Shown: positions 12,440 through 25,410, numbered from the stretch's first letter. The stretch is DNA of 64,000 nt from Mobula hypostoma (GCF_963921235.1 NC_086097.1:208756001-208820000), one strand, 5' to 3'. Made by a program: numbers and translations. The notes: generated from the sequence alone by a model not told the origin.

Positions 12440-12990
12440 GAGCACAGGGCAGAACCACAAGATACAATGGAAGCTGTCTTTGCTGACCAGATGGGATTTA
12501 GTGTTCACTTTATCCTGGACAAATGCATTTGTGACAGGTATCTTATGGAGGGTGAGGCTGAGTCAGTTATCTCCTTGCGCCAGTTATCATCTGATCAGCC
12601 TGGTCAGGGGTGCTGCTACTGAGTAACTTTTGCAACTGGACAAACAAGTTCCCCAGACAGAGTATAGTCCATATTCCTCCTACCATTAGTGCTTTATCCA
12701 AGTACTGCAGCATTAGCTGAAGGAGATTTTTAGGTGGTATTTAGTTGGAGACACCTTTGCCTTTATCTTATATTGCAAGATTCTTTGGGGTTTGGGTTTA
12801 CACTCCCTGGCACAATCACTCTTGGCTGTTTACCCCTTTGCCTCTACATCTAGTCGATCAACTTTAACTGAGGGAGAGGATATAAGACTTAAGTGGAACA
12901 TTGGGTGAAATATATGATTCTGTGAGAATGATTATGTCAGGCTGTTATTTTTCTTGTCTTTAGGACAGCTCTTCCAATTCAGCCATCCAG
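12440..12990 (-). mobile_element. Very old LINE fragment (probably endonuclease region)
   Basis: Only weak, recalled resemblance to antisense CR1-like endonuclease sequence; no open frame supports it. Confidence 0.3.
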
Positions 12991-15115
12991 ATTATTGAGA
13001 GAAAGTTATCTGGTTTGAATGTGGAGTTGTTTAACTGCAACAGAAAGGCAAGTAGTAGGTGACTAGGGTTAACCACTGACAACCAGGGTAATGACTCCAG
13101 TGCATATCCCATCTATAGTATATTTTTCCAAAATGTTCATAAGTAAAGTCTCGAAATTTTAGAGCAAACCACTGGCCTTGCTGCAATAGCACTTCTGCTA
13201 TGTGGACTGTTCAGGAGCAGCCCAGTAACACTGGTGCATGGTTCTGCTGCAAACTGCATATTGTTGTTATCACAAAGGTGGAGCCAAGGGGAAGGAGTAC
13301 AAAGAATTGCAACCTTATGGAATATAGTCATGAGAAGGCAGCAATGATCACCCTTTTGATGATTTCAGTTCAGGGGAAGACTATTCAGACTGCACCTTTC
13401 TGTTGATGTATGAAAAGCTCACTCCAAGGCTACGGGAGACAGATAAATGGGTGACTGTCAGGAGAGGGAAGGGAGGAGAATGTAAGATGGTGGAGTGCTC
13501 TCCTGTAGCCATCCCCCTCAATAATAAGCACTCCATTTTGAGTACTGTTGGGGGAGATGACCTACCTGGGCGAAGCAGTGTACCTCTGGCACTGAGTCTG
13601 GCCCTGTGGCTCAGAAGGGCAGGAAACTGAAGAGGTTGGCAGCAATAATAAGGGACTCCATCGTTAGGGGGACAGATAGATGATTCTATGGATGCAAAAA
13701 GGAAACATGAATGGTAGTTTTACCTCCTATGTGCCAGGGTCTGTGATCTTTCTGAACTCGTCCACAATATCCTGAAAAGGGAGGGTGAGCAGCAAAAAGT
13801 TGTGGTACATATTGGTACCGATGACATAAGTAGAAAAAGGGAGGAGGTCCTGAAAACTGAATACAGGGAATTAGGAAGGAAGCTGAGAAGCAGGATCTCA
13901 ATGGTAGTAATCTCGGGATTGATACCTGTGCTATGTGACCATTAGGATAGGAATAGAATGAGGTGGAGAACAAATGTGTGGCTGAAGAATAGGAGCAAGG
14001 GCAAGGCTTCAGATTTCTGGATCATTGGCACCACTTCTGGGGCAAGTGTGACCTGTACAAAAGGGACGGGTTGCACTTGAATCCAAGTGGACCAATATCT
14101 TTGTGGGCAGGTTTACTAGAACTGTTGGGAGGGGAATGAACAATTGCAGACAGAGCAAAGAGTGAAGTTGTACCACGGGGCAAAGCTCAAAAGGGCGAAG
14201 AATGCAAGACTGAAGGTGTCGTACTTAAATGTGCCTAACTTTCAGAATAAGGTGGGCGAATTCATGGAGCAATTAGAGATTTGTTGGTATGACACTGTGG
14301 GCATCATTGAGTTGTGGCTGGAGGAAGGTCATAGTTGGGAGCTTCATATCAAAGGATATACTTTGTATGGAAAGGACAGGCAGGAAGGTATATGCGCTGG
14401 TGTGGCTCTATTGGTAAGAGATGGAATTACATTTTTAGAAAGAGGTAACATAGAGTCAGAGAATGTCGAATCCTTGTGGGTGGAGTTAAGAAATGGAAAG
14501 GGTTAAAAAACCATTATGGGAATCAAATAAGCAGCCAAGAAGTGAGGTTGAGATTGCAAAGGTAGCTGGAAAAGGCATGTAATAAAGGTTATGTCACAAT
14601 TGTAATGAGGGACTTCAATATGCAAGGGGATGACGACAATCAGGTTGGTATCAGATGGCAAGAGAGGGAATTTGTTTAATGCCTACAAGATGGCCTTTTA
14701 GGGCAACGTGCTCCAGCCTATGAGGGGAAAGACTATCTTAGATTGGGTGTTGTGTAATAACCCAGATCTTATTAGGGAGCTTAATGTAAAATAACCCTTA
14801 CGAGGCAGTGATCATAGTGTGATTGAATTCACACTGCAGTTTGAGAGGGAGAAGCATCAGTCACATGTATCAGTATCACAATGGAATAAAGGGAATTATG
14901 GAGGCATGAGAGGGGAGCTTGCCCAGGGGGATTAGAGGAGAATACTGACGGGGATGACGACACAACAGAGGTGGCTGAGGTTTCTGGAAATAGTTCACAA
15001 GGCACAGGATAGATATGTCCCACAGAAGAATTAATTTTCAAACAGCAGCGTTAGGCAACCGTGGCTAATAAGGGATGTTAAAGGCTACCTAAAAAGTTGA
15101 TATTGGACCACTGGA

Positions 15116-15960
15116 CTTCGAGGAGGGGGCGAGCAAAGTGATGATGGTGCTAAACGGCGACTCCTTGCATCTTTGGAAACAGCTCTATTTCTGTCTTTGA
15201 TATCTCTTTTTTTCCTCTTCAAGGTTCTTTTGAAGACCCTGACCTGGAGTTACACTCTGACTTCAGTTCTTTGAGGGAATGGGACCTGCTGTCAGGGCCT
15301 CACAACTGGTGGCTTTTTGATATCCCAAGGATGCAGCCTGGAAGACTAGCGTGCCTTCAGGGTGCTGGATTTTTGTGGCTTTGGAGACGGGCTGATTCAA
15401 GGCTGGTGTCCCTGACTGAGGCATCTCAGGAGAACATGGAACATCGGGGGCAGCGAGTTAGCTGCCGTGGGCTGTGTGTCCAGAGACCTGAGCCTTGGGG
15501 CCTACGCTCTGGGCGCAGAGCTCGGAAAGCTGATGCAATAGACTTCTAACATCATAAATCTGTGAGTTGTTTGTTATGTCTCCCCTCTTGTCATGATATG
15601 AGGACACCTCTTTTTCCCTTAATAGGGGGAGAGAGAGAGAGCCTATGGTATGTCGAATTACCGGGTGAATGAGTAGTCATTGGGGTACTACAACTCTGTG
15701 TAGTTATTGATGCATTGCTGCACGCATGAGTGCTCGGTGGGGCGGGGGGCACTGATGCTGTTTTTTGCTGCTGCCGGGGGGCGGGGGGGTTCATTGCCTT
15801 GCTGCTGCTTGTGCATGGCAGGAAGGCTTTGGGGCTGTAACGTTTAACTGTCATTCATTCTTTGGGCACTCCTCTGTTTTCATGGATGTTTGCAAAGAAA
15901 AAGAATTTCAGGAGGTATATTGTATACATTTCTCTGATATTAAATGTACCTATTGAACTT
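15116..15960 (+). mobile_element. Non-coding, non-autonomous retroelement inserted in the CR1
   Basis: Splits the CR1 motif gatattggaccactgg|aaaatgatgctgg; candidate TSD actgga/attgga (15110-15115, 15961-15966). The 3' end (attaaatgtacctattgaacttattg) resembles Rex1-type tails. Confidence 0.65.
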
Positions 15961-16312
15961 ATTGGAAAATGATGCTGGTAAGGTAGTATTGGGGGACAAA
16001 GAAATTAAAGATGACCTTAATAAGTACTTTGCATCAGTGTTCACTGTGGAAGATGCTAACACTGTGTCAGAGGTTGGTCTGTGTTAGGGAGCAGGAGTGA
16101 GTGCCATTGCTATTATAAAGGGAAAAAGTGCTAGGCAAACTGAAAGGTCTAAAGGTGGATAAGTTACCTGGACCAGATGAGCTACATCCTAGAGTCCTGA
16201 GAGACGTTTCTGAGGAGATAATGGATGCAATGGTCATGATCTTTCAAGAATCACTTGATTCTGGCATGTTACCAGATGACTGGAAAATTGCAATTGTTAC
16301 TCCATTCTTTCA

Positions 16313-17870
16313 ATAGACAGTAGACAATAGACAATAGGTGCAGAAGTAGACCATTCGGCCCTTGGAGCCTGCACCGCCATTCTGAGATCATGGCTGATCA
16401 TCTACTATCAATACCCGGTTCCTGCCTTGTCCCCATAACCCTTGATTCCCCTATTCATAAGATACCTATCTAGCTCCTTCTTGAAACCATCCAGAGAATT
16501 GGCCTCCACTGCCTTCTGAGGCAGGGCATTCCACATCTCCACAACTCTCTGGGAGAAGAAGTTCCTCCTCAACTCTGTCCTAAATGACCTACCCCTTATT
16601 CTTAAACCATGCCCTCTGGTACTGGACTCTCCCAGCATCTGGAACATATTTCCTGCCTCTATCTTGTCCAATCCCTTAATAATCTTATATGTCTCAATCA
16701 GATCCCCCCTTAATCTCCTTAATTCCAGCGTGTACAAGCCCAGTCTCTCCAACCTCTCTGCGTAAGACAGTTCGGTCATCCCAGGAATTAACCCAGTGAA
16801 CCTACGCTGCACCTCCTCCACAGCCAGGATGTCCTTCCTTAACCCTGGAGACCAAAACTGCACACAATACTCCAGGTGTGGTCTCACCAGGGCCCTGTAC
16901 AAATGCAAAAGGATTTCCTTGCTCTTGTACTCAATTCTCTTTGTAATAAAGGCCAACATTCCATTAGCCTTCTTCATTGCCTGCTGCACTTGCTCATTCA
17001 CCTTCAGAGACTGATGAACAAGTACTCCTAGATCTCTTTGTATTTCTCCCTTACCTAACTCCACACCGTTCAGATAATAATCTGCCTTCCTGTTCTTGCT
17101 CCTAAAGTGAATAACCTCAACTTATTCACATTAAACGCCATCTGCCAAGTTTCTGCCCACTCACACAGCCTATCCAAGTCACCTTGAATTTTCCTAACAT
17201 CCTCATCACATGTCACACTGCCACCCAGCTTAGTATCATCAGCAAACTTGCTGATGTTATTCACAATGCCTTCCTCTAAATCATTGATGTAAATCGTAAA
17301 CAGCTGTGGTCCCAATACTGAGCCCTGTGGCACCCCACTAGTCACCACCTGCCATTCCGAGAAACACCCATTCACTGCTACCCTTTGCTTTCTATCTGCC
17401 AACCAGTTTTCTATCCATGTCAATATCCTCCCCCCCAATGCCATGAGCTCTGATTTTACCCACCAATCTCCTATGTGGTACCTTATCGAATGCCTTCTGA
17501 AAGTCAAGGTACACCACATCCACTGGATCTCCTGCGTCTATCTTCCTGGTTACATCCTCGAGAAACTCCAATAAATTAGTCAAGCATGATTTGCCCTTGG
17601 TAAATCCATGCTGGCTCGGCCCAATCCTATCATTGCTATCAAGATATGCCACTATTTCATCTTTAATAATGGACTCTAGCATCTTCCCCACTACTGATGT
17701 TAGGCTAACAGGGCGATAGTTCTCTGTTTTCTCCCTCCCTCCTTTCTTAAAAAGTGGGATAACATTAGCCATTCTCCAATCCTCAGGAACTGATCCTGAA
17801 TCTAAGGAACATTGGAAAATGATCACCAATGCATCCGCAATTTCCAGAGCCACCTCCTTTAGTACCCTAG
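16313..17870 (-). mobile_element. Young, 5'-truncated CR1 LINE of a different subfamily, inserted antisense into the host CR1
   Basis: RT through C-terminus is covered by three ORFs with only two frameshifts and no internal stop (YLDFQKAFDKVPH, GVPQGSVLGP, KFADDTK); (TATTGTC)n tail at 16313-16338. Confidence 0.93.
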
Positions 17871-19339
17871 GGAGGAAAGGCAAAAGAGAGGAAATTATAG
17901 GCTAGTTAGGCTAACCTCAATGGTTGGGAAAGTGTTAGAGTCCAATAATAAGAATGAAAATTTTGGTATATTTGTAAACTAAAGTTAAAAGAAGTCAAAA
18001 TTGGCAAGGTTTTGATAAAGGGAAATCTTGCCTGACAAATTCGATAGAATTCTTTAAGGAAGTAACAAGCAGGGTGGACAAAGAGGCAGTGGACATCATT
18101 TACTAAGATTTTCAGAAGGCATTTGATAAGGTGTATCACATGAGGCTGCTTAACAAGATAAAATCCTATGGTGTTGCAGAAAATATACTATCATGGATAG
18201 AGGAATGGCTGACAGGCAGGAGGCAGCAAGTGGGAATAAAGAGGGCCTTTACTGGTGAGTTGCCAGTGACTAGTGGTGTTCCTCAGGGTCAGTATTGGGA
18301 CTGTTACCTCTCACATTGTTTGTTAATGATTTTGATAGTGAAATTGATGGCTTTATGGCAAAGTTTGCAGATAATACAAAGATAGTTGAAGGGGTAGGTA
18401 GTGCTGAGGAAGCAATGTGATTGCAGGAGGACTTAGACAAATTGGAAGAATGGGCAAAAATGTGGCAGATGGAATACAGTGTTGGGAAATGTATGATAAT
18501 GCATTTTGGTAAAAGGAACAATAGTGCAGACTATTATCTAAATAGGGAAAAAAATTCAAACATCAGAGATACAGAGGGACTTAGGAATCCTTGTGCAAGA
18601 TTTCCAGACGGTTAATTCATAGGTTGAGTCTGTGGTAAAGAAGGCAAATGCAATATTGGCATTTATTTCAAGGGGAATAGAATATAAATGCAAGGAGATA
18701 ATGCTGAAGATTTATAAGACACCAGTCAGGCCACATTTGGAGTATTGTCAAAAGGTTTTGGGCTCCTTATCTCAGAAAGGATGTATTGTCATTGGAGAGA
18801 GTCCAGAGGAGGTTCACAAGGACGATTCCAGGAATGAAGAGGTAATGAGGAGTGTTTGGCAGCTTTGGGTCAGTGCTCACTGGAATCTAGAAGAATGCAG
18901 GGGATCTCTTTGAAAACTACCAACTGTTGAAAGGACTAGATAAGGTGGATGTGGAGAGGATGCTTCCTCTGGTGGAGGTAGCCTGAACTAAAGGGGACAG
19001 CCTCAAAATTGAGGGGCAACTTTTGAGAACAAAGGTAAGGAGGATTTTTTTTTTAGCCAAAGGACGGTGATTCTGTGGAATGCTCTGCCACATACTGCGG
19101 TGGAGGCCAAGTCTGTGGGTATATTCTAAACGGAAGTGGATAGATTCCTGTTTGATCAGGGCATCAAGGGATATGGTTAGAGGCCAGGTGTATGGGGTTT
19201 AGTGGGATCTGAAATCAGCCATGAATAAATGACAGAGCAGACTTGATGGGCTGAATGGCCTAATTCTGCTCCTATGTCTTATGGTCCAGGGAAAAAGTTG
19301 CCATTTTGATTCAAGGCTGCATAACGGACTCATGACCCA

Positions 19340-19440
19340 AGCTACCCCTCTGCCTCCACAGATGCTGTATGGCCCGTCAATTTCTTCCAGTGGTTTGCCT
19401 TTTTTTTGCTCCAGTTTGCAATCTATTGTGCCTCCAGTCA
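19340..19440 (+). mobile_element. Short decayed Penelope-like terminal fragment
   Basis: cctccacagatgctgtatggccc...gctccag resembles 9100-9155 and 45380-45440. Confidence 0.4.
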
Positions 19441-20161
19441 TTTCAAGAGCATTTTATCTGAGCTCTGTTCTGCTCAGACGACAAATCTTAGTTTCTAAAT
19501 TTAGAAAGCTGAATATATGCAGGAAAATAGATATTAAAAGAATTCAGCCCTGATACACATCAATTTAAAATTACAACAGAAAAATATAGAGAACATTGTT
19601 TAAATTCAGTGACTAAACATTGAAATGATACGGCATTAGCTGATTCAGTTTGAATTCATACTTCACATCTTGGGAATGATGTCATATAATGTCAACAGAA
19701 CAGGGCAGTGAGGGGAAGTAAACCACTATGAGTAAATGAGGACTCCTCCCAAAACCGTGAGCCATGGAGGGTAGGTCTGAGAGCAAGGCAGGTTTCCTGG
19801 TGCCGATGTAAATGAGGTATGCTGCAAGGTCACTCTGCGGACACAGTGTGGAGAATCTCTGAGTCATTTACAAGTCCCTGAAGGGAAGCAGTAGAATAGA
19901 GGCTCGAGAACATACCGTTGCTTTAGCCGTGTCTGCCTCTGGTAAATACATGGCAGCTGAACATTTTAGGTTGGCAAACCCCATTCACCCGAGCAAATCA
20001 ATCCACTTACTGAATTTAGTCAAGAAGTTCGTTCCCAAGTTCAAATGAAAGAAATGTTACGTCAAGTGCTATAATGAGTGAAAAATAATGCTTCTTTAAA
20101 GTGCAGAATTACACTGAACTCGCTGAGTTTGTGAGTGGTTTGGTTGAATATGTGCTGATAG

Positions 20162-20979
20162 TGCGCATGTGCCGGTCGTGCATGCAGCCTGGTACAGCCG
20201 TTCCGATCTATTCTTACTTTCTTCTTCTTACTTTTTAATTTACGTTATTTTTTGTATTTTTTTTCACACAGTAACACGTCGAAGCTGCACCCTTTCTAAC
20301 ATGCTGGTAGAGAGAGTTTTATTTGGGTTTTCTTTAGCGCTGGAAATAGTTACATCCCGACACGCGAGAGAGAAGCAAGGTCGCATTGTCTATTCCACGG
20401 ACCAGCAAAGACGGCTGGCCTAGCGAACAGAGCGGTGGATACCCCTGCTGAAATCCAGAGGAAAACGCACAGAGGGGGATCACAAAGCTGAGGAAAGAGG
20501 ACCAGGTCGAGACAACAGAGACTTTTGGAGAAGAGGAGTTCGGTGGGTAATACTGCTCCGGCTGACCAGAAGTGCACTGAGAGCGGTAAGCATAAAGGAG
20601 CTTGGTGCTTACTGTTCTGGCTAACAACGGATGGTGCAATCCAGGGTATATTATGATCGAGGAATGTGTTTGCAGACTGGATATTGAACTTTTTACTGTT
20701 GGACTTCGGCCACATTCCACCGTGATACAACACTGGCGGCACAGGAGGTCGTTCCTGCCTGTGGCCATCGAACGTGCATCTCCTCCCGTGGAGGGTCAGA
20801 CACCCTGAGCCAATAGACTGGTCCTGGACTTATTTTCCATCTGGCATAGTTTACATTTTGGTGTTTGATTGTTGGGGTTTTTGTATTGCTATATTACGCT
20901 GTATTCTTGGTTGGTGCGGCTGTACCGAAACCAAATTTCCCACCGGATTAATAAAGTATATCTATCTATCTATCTATCT
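20162..20979 (+). mobile_element. Internally deleted (bipartite) Rex1/Babar-type LINE derivative
   Basis: Contains a 5' UTR, an N-terminus (GRIVYSTDQ) and an APE fragment (LTVLANNGWC..DIELFTVGLRP), joined at about 20712 to a C-terminus and 3' UTR similar to 37695-37820; (TATC)n tail. Confidence 0.75.
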
Positions 20980-21162
20980 GACATGTTACGTGTAATTTAT
21001 GCTTACAATGTTGTTACGTACATTATTTTGTTGGACACCTATTTAAATAATAATTCCTTTAGACAATGCTCTAAATGTAAAGCACGATGGTCATATGGAA
21101 TAATATTAGAAGGATTCAGAAAATAGAACAACAATGCAAAGACAGCATAATTATTTTGGAGA

Positions 21163-21615
21163 AATTCAAAGTACATTTATTATCAAAGAATGGATAAATT
21201 ATACAAACTTGAGATTTGTTTGCTTATGGACAGCCATAAAGCAAGAAACTGAAAAGATCTCAATTAAAAAACAATAAAATAAAGACCAACACCTGATGTG
21301 CAGAGAAAGGGGAAAAAAACACAAATTATGCAAACAATAGAAGCGAGCAACAACATTCCAAACCAAAATGAGTCCTTAGATCCAAACCCCAGAGTAGGCC
21401 CAAGCCTCAGTTTCAGTCCATCATATTAGCGGACACAGAGAACAGCAGCTGAGAACAGTCTTCATAGCCTCAGTGCTATAGAGAGAGAGAAGTGAACATC
21501 CTGGGCTGTGCTGCAACGAAAGGCTCCGGGCCTAGAACATGTTGTCCAGCGACTCGCTACAGGCCCCGATTTCGCCGCCCAGCCCGAAGCTGTTCTCGAT
21601 TTCTCCAAATTAGCT
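21163..21615 (-). mobile_element. Non-autonomous or truncated element with a Rex1-family-A-like 3' tail
   Basis: The reverse complement ends ttctttgataataaatgtactttgaattt, like the family A tail; the left boundary is clear, the right is approximate. Confidence 0.5.
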
Positions 21616-22191
21616 CAGCTTCTTATATTTTATATTTTAAAGCATTTTGTGTTCACTAGTCTTAATAGTGAAAGAGGAATAGCAGTGAAGCTGTTGGTAC
21701 TCACTGTTACAGAGGAATAAGTCACAAGGCAATTTTTAGTAGTGGCATGTAGATAGTTCAATGAGGGAATCAGGAAGGCACTGTAATTTGCTCTGCTTTC
21801 GTGATTTGTTGTAAGGTTACCTGTCAGTAAAACTCCAATATGGACATGGTATTGAATCAATTTTCCACCATATTCCCACTAAATGTGATGAAAAATCCTG
21901 GAACTTCATTGATGAGGTGTATTAAAATTGGTAGGGAAATAAATAGAGAACATCCCGAGGGTTAGGATTGATCTGCAATTCGAAAGGCAGGGATTGACAG
22001 AAATAGCCAGCACAGTTTGGCTTGCAAAACTCCTGTCTGACTGAGGTAAATTTACGGCAGTTCAGATAGACCCTGTCAAATGTTCACTTAAAACTCCAAT
22101 TCAAACTCCAAATGATGCCTGCATATCTCCATTTTGATATTTGAAGTGAATAATACTATAATTTCAAGATACAATCAAATTTGCCATGCAC

Positions 22192-23577
22192 ATGGCATGA
22201 TTCAACTGGCAAACCTAATGGAATTCTTTGAGAAGATTACAAGTAGGATAGATAAAGGGGATGTAGTGGATGTTGTATATTTGGACTTTCAGAAGGCCTT
22301 TGACAAGGTGCCACACATGAGGCTGCTTACCAAGTTAAGAGCTCATGGTATTACAGGAAAATTACTAAAATGGTTAGAGCATTCGCTGATTAGTATGAGG
22401 CATGGAGTGAAAATGAAAGGATCCTTGTCTGGTTGGCTGCCAGTGCCTAGTGGTGTTCTGCAACTTGTTTTTATGCTGCATATAAATGATTTAACTGATG
22501 AAATGGGTGGCTTCGTTGCCAAGTTTGCAGATGATACAAATATTGGTGAAGGGGCAAAAAGCACTGAGGAAACAGGAAGGCTGCAGAGGGACTTAGACAG
22601 ATTAGGAGAACGGGCAAGAAAGTAGAAGTAAATAAAATGTTGGAAAATGCATGTTTATGCTCTTTGGTAGAAGAAATAAATGTGCAAACTATTTTCTAAA
22701 TGGGGAAAAAATCCAAAAAGCTGAGATGCAAAGGGACTTGGAGTTCTTGTGCAGAACACCCTAAAGGTTAACTTGCAGGTTGAGTTGGTGGTGAGGAAGG
22801 CAAGTAGAATGTTGGCATTCATTTCAAGAGGTCTACGGTATAAGAGCAGGGATGTGATAGTGAGGCTTTATAGGGCACTGGTGAGGCCTGAACGGTTTTG
22901 GGCTCCTCATCTAAGAAAAGATATGCTGGCTTTGGAGCGATTTCAGAGGAGATTCAAAAGGATAATTCTGGGAATGAAAGGGTTAGCATATGAGGAACGT
23001 TTGATGGCTCTGAGCCCATTCTGCTGGAATTTAGAATGACGATGGTGATCTCATTGAAACATTGATCTCATTGTTGCATAGGAGGGGAATTAAGGGTTAT
23101 GGGAAAAAGCAAGATCAGCCATGATCTTACTGAATGGCGGAGGAGGCTTGACGGGTTAGATGGCCTACTTTTGCTCCTATTTCTTAGGTTCTTATGAAAC
23201 CTTTCAAAGGTTGAAAGGCCTAGACAGAGTAGCTGTGGAAAGGATGTTTCCTGTCGTGGAGGAGTCTAGGACAAGAAGGCACAGCCTCAGGATAGAGGGG
23301 CGTCCATTTAAGATAGAGATGCAGAGAAATTTCTTTAGTCAGAGGGTAGGAAATTTGTGGAATTTGTTACCACAGGCAGCTGTGGAGGCCAGGTTGTTGG
23401 GTGTGTTTAAGGCAGAGATTGATAGGTTCTTGATTGGATCAAAATATACAGGGAGAAGGCCTAGGGGAGGGGCTGTGGAGGGGAAAAAAAAGATCTGCCA
23501 TGATTGAATGGCAGAGCAGACTCAATGGGCCAAGAGGCCTAATTCTGCTCCTATGTCTTATGGTCTTATGGTCTTAT
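22192..23577 (+). mobile_element. CR1 LINE, 5'-truncated at the RT
   Basis: VVYLDFQKAFDKVPHMRLL, KFADDTN and FFSQRVGNLWNLLP; (TCTTATGG)n tail at 23557-23577. Confidence 0.92.
23061..23194 (+). mobile_element. 134-bp CR1 3'-end insertion inside the CR1
   Basis: Flanked by tgaaac at 23055-23060 and 23195-23200; has its own CR1 3' end and ttcttaggttcttat tail. Confidence 0.7.
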
Positions 23578-23834
23578 TACAGAATCCAGTTCCTTGGAAA
23601 ATGATTCATTGTATTAATCAAAGTAGCAACCTTTTCTCATTTCCTTCTGTATATTTCTGTGTGTACAAGTTGGGGTGCTCCTAGGGCCTGGTAAATGGAA
23701 GGCATCTGTCCATACCTCCACCTCCTGCACCAATGCATCTTGTATCAGCAAATCATGGAACGCAATCTGTCTTGGGTGTTATGTCATTCCTGAAAATCTG
23801 AGGTGAGCATCTGTGGTAGGATTGTGATACAAGG

Positions 23835-24040
23835 GACTGCAAATGGTGGAATCTGGAGCAACTGGCAAGATGCTGGAGGGGCTCAGCTGATCAGGCAGCA
23901 TTTGTGGAGGGAAACAGACATCTGATGTTTCAAAACAAGACCTTTCATCTGGATGGTCTTGACCTGAAATGTTAACTATCCATTTCATTCCACAGATGCT
24001 ACTTGACCTGCTGTGGTTCTAGAGCATCTTATCAGTTGCA
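23835..24040. mobile_element. Decayed inverted pair of Penelope-like termini
   Basis: gcagcatttgtggagg pairs with ttccacagatgctac, and caagacc with ggtcttg; same family motifs as 8863-9155. Confidence 0.55.
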
Positions 24041-25410
24041 AGCTGCCAATCTTGCTGCAGCCACAATGTACCTTCCCTTAAGAACTGCATGTTGTCTAGA
24101 TAGAGTACATGCCTGCTTTAACCAGTGATCCATGCTCCTGAAGTCGTGCCATTGCTGGGAAAATAAGCCACTGAGAGGGTATAAAGCCGCATTCGTGTAT
24201 AGGTGCAAGCAATGTGATTTCAGTGTGCTATCTGCATCAGAAGCAATGGCTTAGTTATGAAGAGTAATCTTTGTGCCGTTTTAAGCGGGTTAGGTCTCCT
24301 ACATGGTGCAATACTGAATGTTGAAACTAGAAGGGAAAAGAGGCATGATATGATTTTTTCAATTCAGCTAGATCACAAATAGAATGTAGAGTACACAAGC
24401 TGCAACTGCTGTCTAATTATCACTGCGCAAAAGCCTGATAAGAGTCTTGGGCAGCTTTAAGGCGATTAGTGATGAGTACCTGTTTGCTTGCCACTGATCA
24501 CAACATCTAGAGCAATGAGTATATTGTGGAAAAATTAAGTAGGCCTCTTTTGCATAATAAAATACATCAAAGAGCAACATGGGTAACTATTTTTATTCAT
24601 GATGTTTAGTATTGAATAGAGCTATCAGATGCTTAATATCCACTGTATTAAACAGGTTAATGATTCATCTGAAGGATGACACTTTCTTGTTACGGTTGAA
24701 GAATTAACTTAGAATACAGGCTCAAGAAGTGCAATGAGCTTAAACCTGTAATTTTGATGAAATACATTAAAACTGAACAGCAAATGTAGCTAGTCTAGAT
24801 TGACAACACAGAAATGAGAGCTCAAATACCACTTTGGTAGCTGTGGAATTTAAATTTGATTTTGCATTACAGAATTCCTTCCTATGACAGGATGTTATGA
24901 TATTGATGACATCAGGAAATCCTGAGGTTTGAAGACTTCAGAGCAAGACTGCGGTACCAGAAAGACATCAGTGTTCTCTGCTTTACAGAGATATGACTCA
25001 TCATCAGAACTCCGGACACAGCAATTCAGCCCGAGCACTTCACCATCCACCGCGTGGACCAGACGGCGACAGCAGGTAAAGACAGAGACAGCAGTCTTTG
25101 CTTCATGATAAACACATTGTGGTGCACAAACATAGTCTCAGTCCTGCTGTCCTGAGCTGGGACATCTGGCAGTCCAGTATCCTCTGTTCCACTCACCAAA
25201 GGAGTTCTCCACCATCACCCTGACTGCATTGCACATTTCATCCCTGGCCAGTGCCAGGCTGGCAGTGGAGGACCTGAGCACCATGATCAGCAGTCATGAG
25301 ACAGGGCACCCTGATGTCTTCCCAATTATTGTTAGAGACTTCAGCTAGGCCAGCTTGAAGAATTCACTGACTAACAACCACCTGTGGAACCAGAGGTGCC
25401 AACACTTTTA

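Larger units (their letters stand above)
13410..19285 (+). mobile_element. Near full-length CR1 LINE (ORF1 esterase, APE endonuclease, RT) carrying two nested insertions
   Basis: ORF1 DSIVRGTDR at about 13653; ORF2 LKVSYLN..IIELWL and VESLWVELRN; PGPDELHPRVL; RT resumes at 17871; tail tcttatggtc at about 19277-19286. Interrupted at 15116-15960 and 16313-17870. Confidence 0.9.

Noticed and set aside
12964..13047. Open 84-nt exon candidate with a good acceptor and a GC donor (AAG|GCAAGT)
   Set aside because: It appears to overlap an ancient antisense LINE remnant, needs a rare donor, and the peptide is unrecognisable.
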